Below, piece by piece: positions 34,000-35,972 of a stretch of 35,972 nt of DNA. The stretch comes from a virus (lineage: Duplodnaviria > Caudoviricetes). The translations under genes and the position numbers were made by a program. Position 1 is the stretch's first letter. Every line of letters starts with the position of its first letter. Location of the stretch: the IMG/VR virus record IMGVR_UViG_3300032212_000701, positions 1-35,972 of that record. One strand, written 5' to 3'. Under the pieces are notes generated by a model. That model had not been told where the DNA came from, did no database searches, and saw nothing but the letters and a program-made list of their open reading frames with translations.

Positions 34000-34124
34000 A
34001 TATAAACTTAGGTGCATTAATATTCAGCTCACTTATACAGGGCTCCACCGGTTGATGCTTTAGAGGTTAGAGTATCACGAACAGAAAGCATAATTGATAA
34101 GCAGGTGCGTGGAAGGCAATAGCG

Positions 34125-34517
34125 ATGATAAAAATTCACTACACAAAGCAGGTCGGCAAGTGGCCTTATCGGTTGGTTGTGCCACATATGGAAGATACCA
34201 GGATAAAACTGCCCAGTCGGATCATTACCGATTACATGCATATTGATCGTGGTGGGAGTTTGTATATTCATGAGAATTACTCATGGGATGGGCCAAGTGG
34301 GCCAGCGATTGACACCAAGGATTTCATGCGTGGATCGCTCGTGCACGATGCTCTGTATCAGTTGATTCGTGAAGGGTATCTAGGAAAGAAGTGGCGAAAG
34401 CCAGCCGATAAAATCATGAAACGAATTTGTCGTGAAGATGGTATGCCTTGGTGGCGTTGCCAGTATGCCTATTGGGCGGTGCGTGTGTTTGGTGGAAGTG
34501 CGGTTAAGAATGGTTAG
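34125..34517 (+). CDS. DUF1353-like protein
   Basis: YSWDGPSGP, SLVHDALY, AD.IM and YWAVRVFG motifs. Confidence 0.75.
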   Translation: MIKIHYTKQVGKWPYRLVVPHMEDTRIKLPSRIITDYMHIDRGGSLYIHENYSWDGPSGPAIDTKDFMRGSLVHDALYQLIREGYLGKKWRKPADKIMKRICREDGMPWWRCQYAYWAVRVFGGSAVKNG

Positions 34518-34669
34518 TGTGTCGTAGCTGAATCAGAAAGCTCATGAGCTGAAAGCCACTTGGCGTCGTCAAGCTCACCCATAGCAGCCCCGCACTCGAG
34601 GCACTGGCTGATATCGGCTGCGGTGTAGCAGCATTCCAGGCATTGAAGGATTTCCATTTCATCGCTCAT
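34514..34669 (-). CDS. 51-aa Zn-ribbon-like peptide (not in ORF track)
   Basis: MSDEMEILQCLECCYTAADISQCLECGAAM..., two CLEC motifs, downstream of the MTase. Confidence 0.45.
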   Translation of the reverse strand: MSDEMEILQCLECCYTAADISQCLECGAAMGELDDAKWLSAHELSDSATTH

Positions 34670-34717
34670 GTAGGGAGTTTACCATTTTCCTGATGTCGGG
34701 GAATTGGTCGGGTGGGG

Positions 34718-35590
34718 TTATTTACCGAAATACCTTTTAATCTCGCCCCCAATCCATTGACCAACAGGGACAGAGACGCCGTTGCCTATCTGCCGGTATG
34801 CCGAGGTATTCGAGACTGGAAATTTAAACCAATCAGGTACACCCTGGAGCCTTGCGAATTCTCGAACTGAGTACGGTCGAACGCCCAGCGGGAAACGGCG
34901 ATCTTTAACTAATCGAGTGCTCTTATCTTTTGCGTAATGCGCCACACATGTTGGGGCCAGGTCATCATTCGCAGGGTCAGAGATAATCGGCAGGTCACGA
35001 TATTGGCCATTCATCCGTGCCTTAATTGCCTTCGGGATTGTCAGTTGCGGGTTATCTTCCAGCACCTCAGAGAGCTTCATACGGCGCGTACCCTCGGGCG
35101 GTCTAACATTGAAAGGGCGTTTTGTGCCGATGATTATCAGCCTGTCTCGTCGCTGAGGTAGCCAGTTTTCAGACTTGATGGGGCAGAATGTTTGAATGTG
35201 ATACCCGGATAACCGGGTTATCGATTCCATGACAACCGGGAAAGCCCTCATACCCGGAACATTCTCAACCACATAGAATTCTGGGTTCGCTACAGCTAAA
35301 TGACGGAGTGCGTGCAAAAACAGGTCGTCGCCTGTTCGTGCTGAATGGATATCCGAAATCGTGCTGTATTTAGTGCAGGGGTAGGTGAATACCATTCCAT
35401 CACAGGAATCTTGTTCTAGCACTAATTCCTGAGTTAAATCACACTGCTTTATGTGCGGTCCTAGATTTGACCTGTATGTTTTACAAGCGTCGGAGTCCAG
35501 TTCAAACGCCTGATTGATGTCAATTCCCGCATCTCTAAGCCCAATATCCATTAATCCAGCACCAGAAAAATAGCTGTTAACTGCTATCAT
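34718..35590 (-). CDS. C5 DNA cytosine methyltransferase (orphan)
   Basis: Motif I FSGAG, IV PC, VI ENV, VIII QRRDR, IX ARLQG, X QIGNGV. Confidence 0.93.
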   Translation of the reverse strand: MIAVNSYFSGAGLMDIGLRDAGIDINQAFELDSDACKTYRSNLGPHIKQCDLTQELVLEQDSCDGMVFTYPCTKYSTISDIHSARTGDDLFLHALRHLAVANPEFYVVENVPGMRAFPVVMESITRLSGYHIQTFCPIKSENWLPQRRDRLIIIGTKRPFNVRPPEGTRRMKLSEVLEDNPQLTIPKAIKARMNGQYRDLPIISDPANDDLAPTCVAHYAKDKSTRLVKDRRFPLGVRPYSVREFARLQGVPDWFKFPVSNTSAYRQIGNGVSVPVGQWIGGEIKRYFGK

Positions 35591-35637
35591 TGATAAGTCC
35601 CCAAAAGTGTACTATTCAGCAGCTCGCACCCCAACAG

Positions 35638-35705
35638 AATCAACGCCTTACAGGCGACGACCAGCGAGCCGAATAGTACAATCGGGCATGGGTAAGTGTT
35701 TGATT
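35638..35705. promoter_or_regulatory. Two IHF consensus sites in the att arm
   Basis: AATCAAcgccTTA (35638-35650, +) and AATCAAacacTTA (35693-35705, -) match WATCAANNNNTTR. Confidence 0.7.
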
Positions 35706-35732
35706 TTCTAGGGTGATGTGGTGCTGGGTGTG

Positions 35733-35782
35733 TCTGGCTACGAACCAGGCGGTCGGAGGTTCGAATCCTTCCGGGCGCGCCA
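35733..35782 (+). other. Right attachment site: 3' part of tRNA-Arg(ACG)
   Basis: TCTGG-CTACGAA-CCAGG anticodon arm, GGAGGTTCGAATCCTTCC T-arm, GGGCGCGCCA 3' end. The 5' acceptor strand and D-arm are absent. Confidence 0.9.
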
Positions 35783-35790
35783 TTTACACC

Positions 35791-35823
35791 AAAGGCTAGC
35801 AAAGCAATTTGCTAGCCTTTTTT
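35791..35823. terminator. Intrinsic terminator after the tRNA fragment (likely bidirectional)
   Basis: AAAGGCTAGCAAA-GCAA-TTTGCTAGCCTTT, then TTT. Confidence 0.85.
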
Positions 35824-35852
35824 ATTGTTTGGCGTGGGGGGGGGGTGCGGCT

Positions 35853-35972
35853 TTAGCTTGACAGCATTGCCCAGACTTCCGGGATCTCTAATTTAACTTC
35901 TTTGATGGTCTGCTCAACGATCTCTGGGGATAATCCTGCTCTTTCCCAGGCACCTTCTTCTACTTCATCGAT
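35853..35972 (-). CDS. 3' end of a host gene outside the prophage
   Basis: Open frame IDEVEEGAWERAGLSPEIVEQTIKEVKLEIPEVWAMLSS* converging on the terminator. Confidence 0.55.
   Translation of the reverse strand: MDEVEEGAWERAGLSPEIVEQTIKEVKLEIPEVWAMLSS

Larger units (their letters stand above)
1..35782. mobile_element. Prophage (temperate, podovirus-like morphogenesis, lambdoid control), left end outside window
   Basis: Contiguous cI/cro, replication, Q, terminase, portal, capsid, nozzle, ejection proteins and tail fibre, ending at a tRNA 3'-end duplication. No tape measure, tail tube or sheath genes recognised. Confidence 0.95.

Noticed and set aside
35706-35782. Intact tRNA-Arg gene
   Set aside because: The sequence upstream of the anticodon arm cannot form the D-arm or the GCGCCCG acceptor strand. 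It is an att fragment.
35587-35802. 71-aa minus-strand ORF (GAPGRIRTSDRLVRSQ)
   Set aside because: Typical translation of a tRNA reverse complement, not a protein.
35836-35845. G10 tract as a phase-variation site
   Set aside because: It lies between convergent 3' ends outside the prophage, with no promoter or ORF to modulate.

Overview
The window holds the right-hand ~35.8 kb of a temperate podovirus-type prophage, probably in a proteobacterium. The integrase and left end lie outside the window. Gene order from left to right: (1) a lambdoid cI/cro switch with two 17-bp operators, where CI has no S24 autopeptidase domain; (2) a replication initiator with an internal iteron origin, and a P-like loader; (3) a Q-like antiterminator; (4) an unexpected catalytic-domain-only tyrosine recombinase with an Xis-like HTH partner; (5) the late promoter and terminator, an ART-fold-like protein and a holin; (6) TerS, TerL, portal, accessory head or fibre genes, scaffold, major capsid, adaptor, nozzle, a GNAT-like protein and three ejection proteins; (7) a 2576-aa polyvalent protein with LPD5/LPD1/zincin/PLxRFG-like regions; (8) a P22 immI-like island with a membrane moron, two divergent Arc/Mnt RHH genes and a KilA-N/ANT antirepressor; (9) a beta-propeller tail fibre, a DUF1353-like gene and a C5 cytosine methyltransferase; (10) the right attachment site, which is the 3' part of a tRNA-Arg(ACG) followed by its terminator. 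The most striking unexplained signals are non-coding: an H-type pseudoknot 8 nt after the capsid stop codon, a multi-hairpin leader before the capsid gene, and a ~73-nt sar/SymR-like antisense RNA unit over the start of the ORF downstream of ant. All family assignments come from motif recognition by eye. No database searches or folding computations were run.
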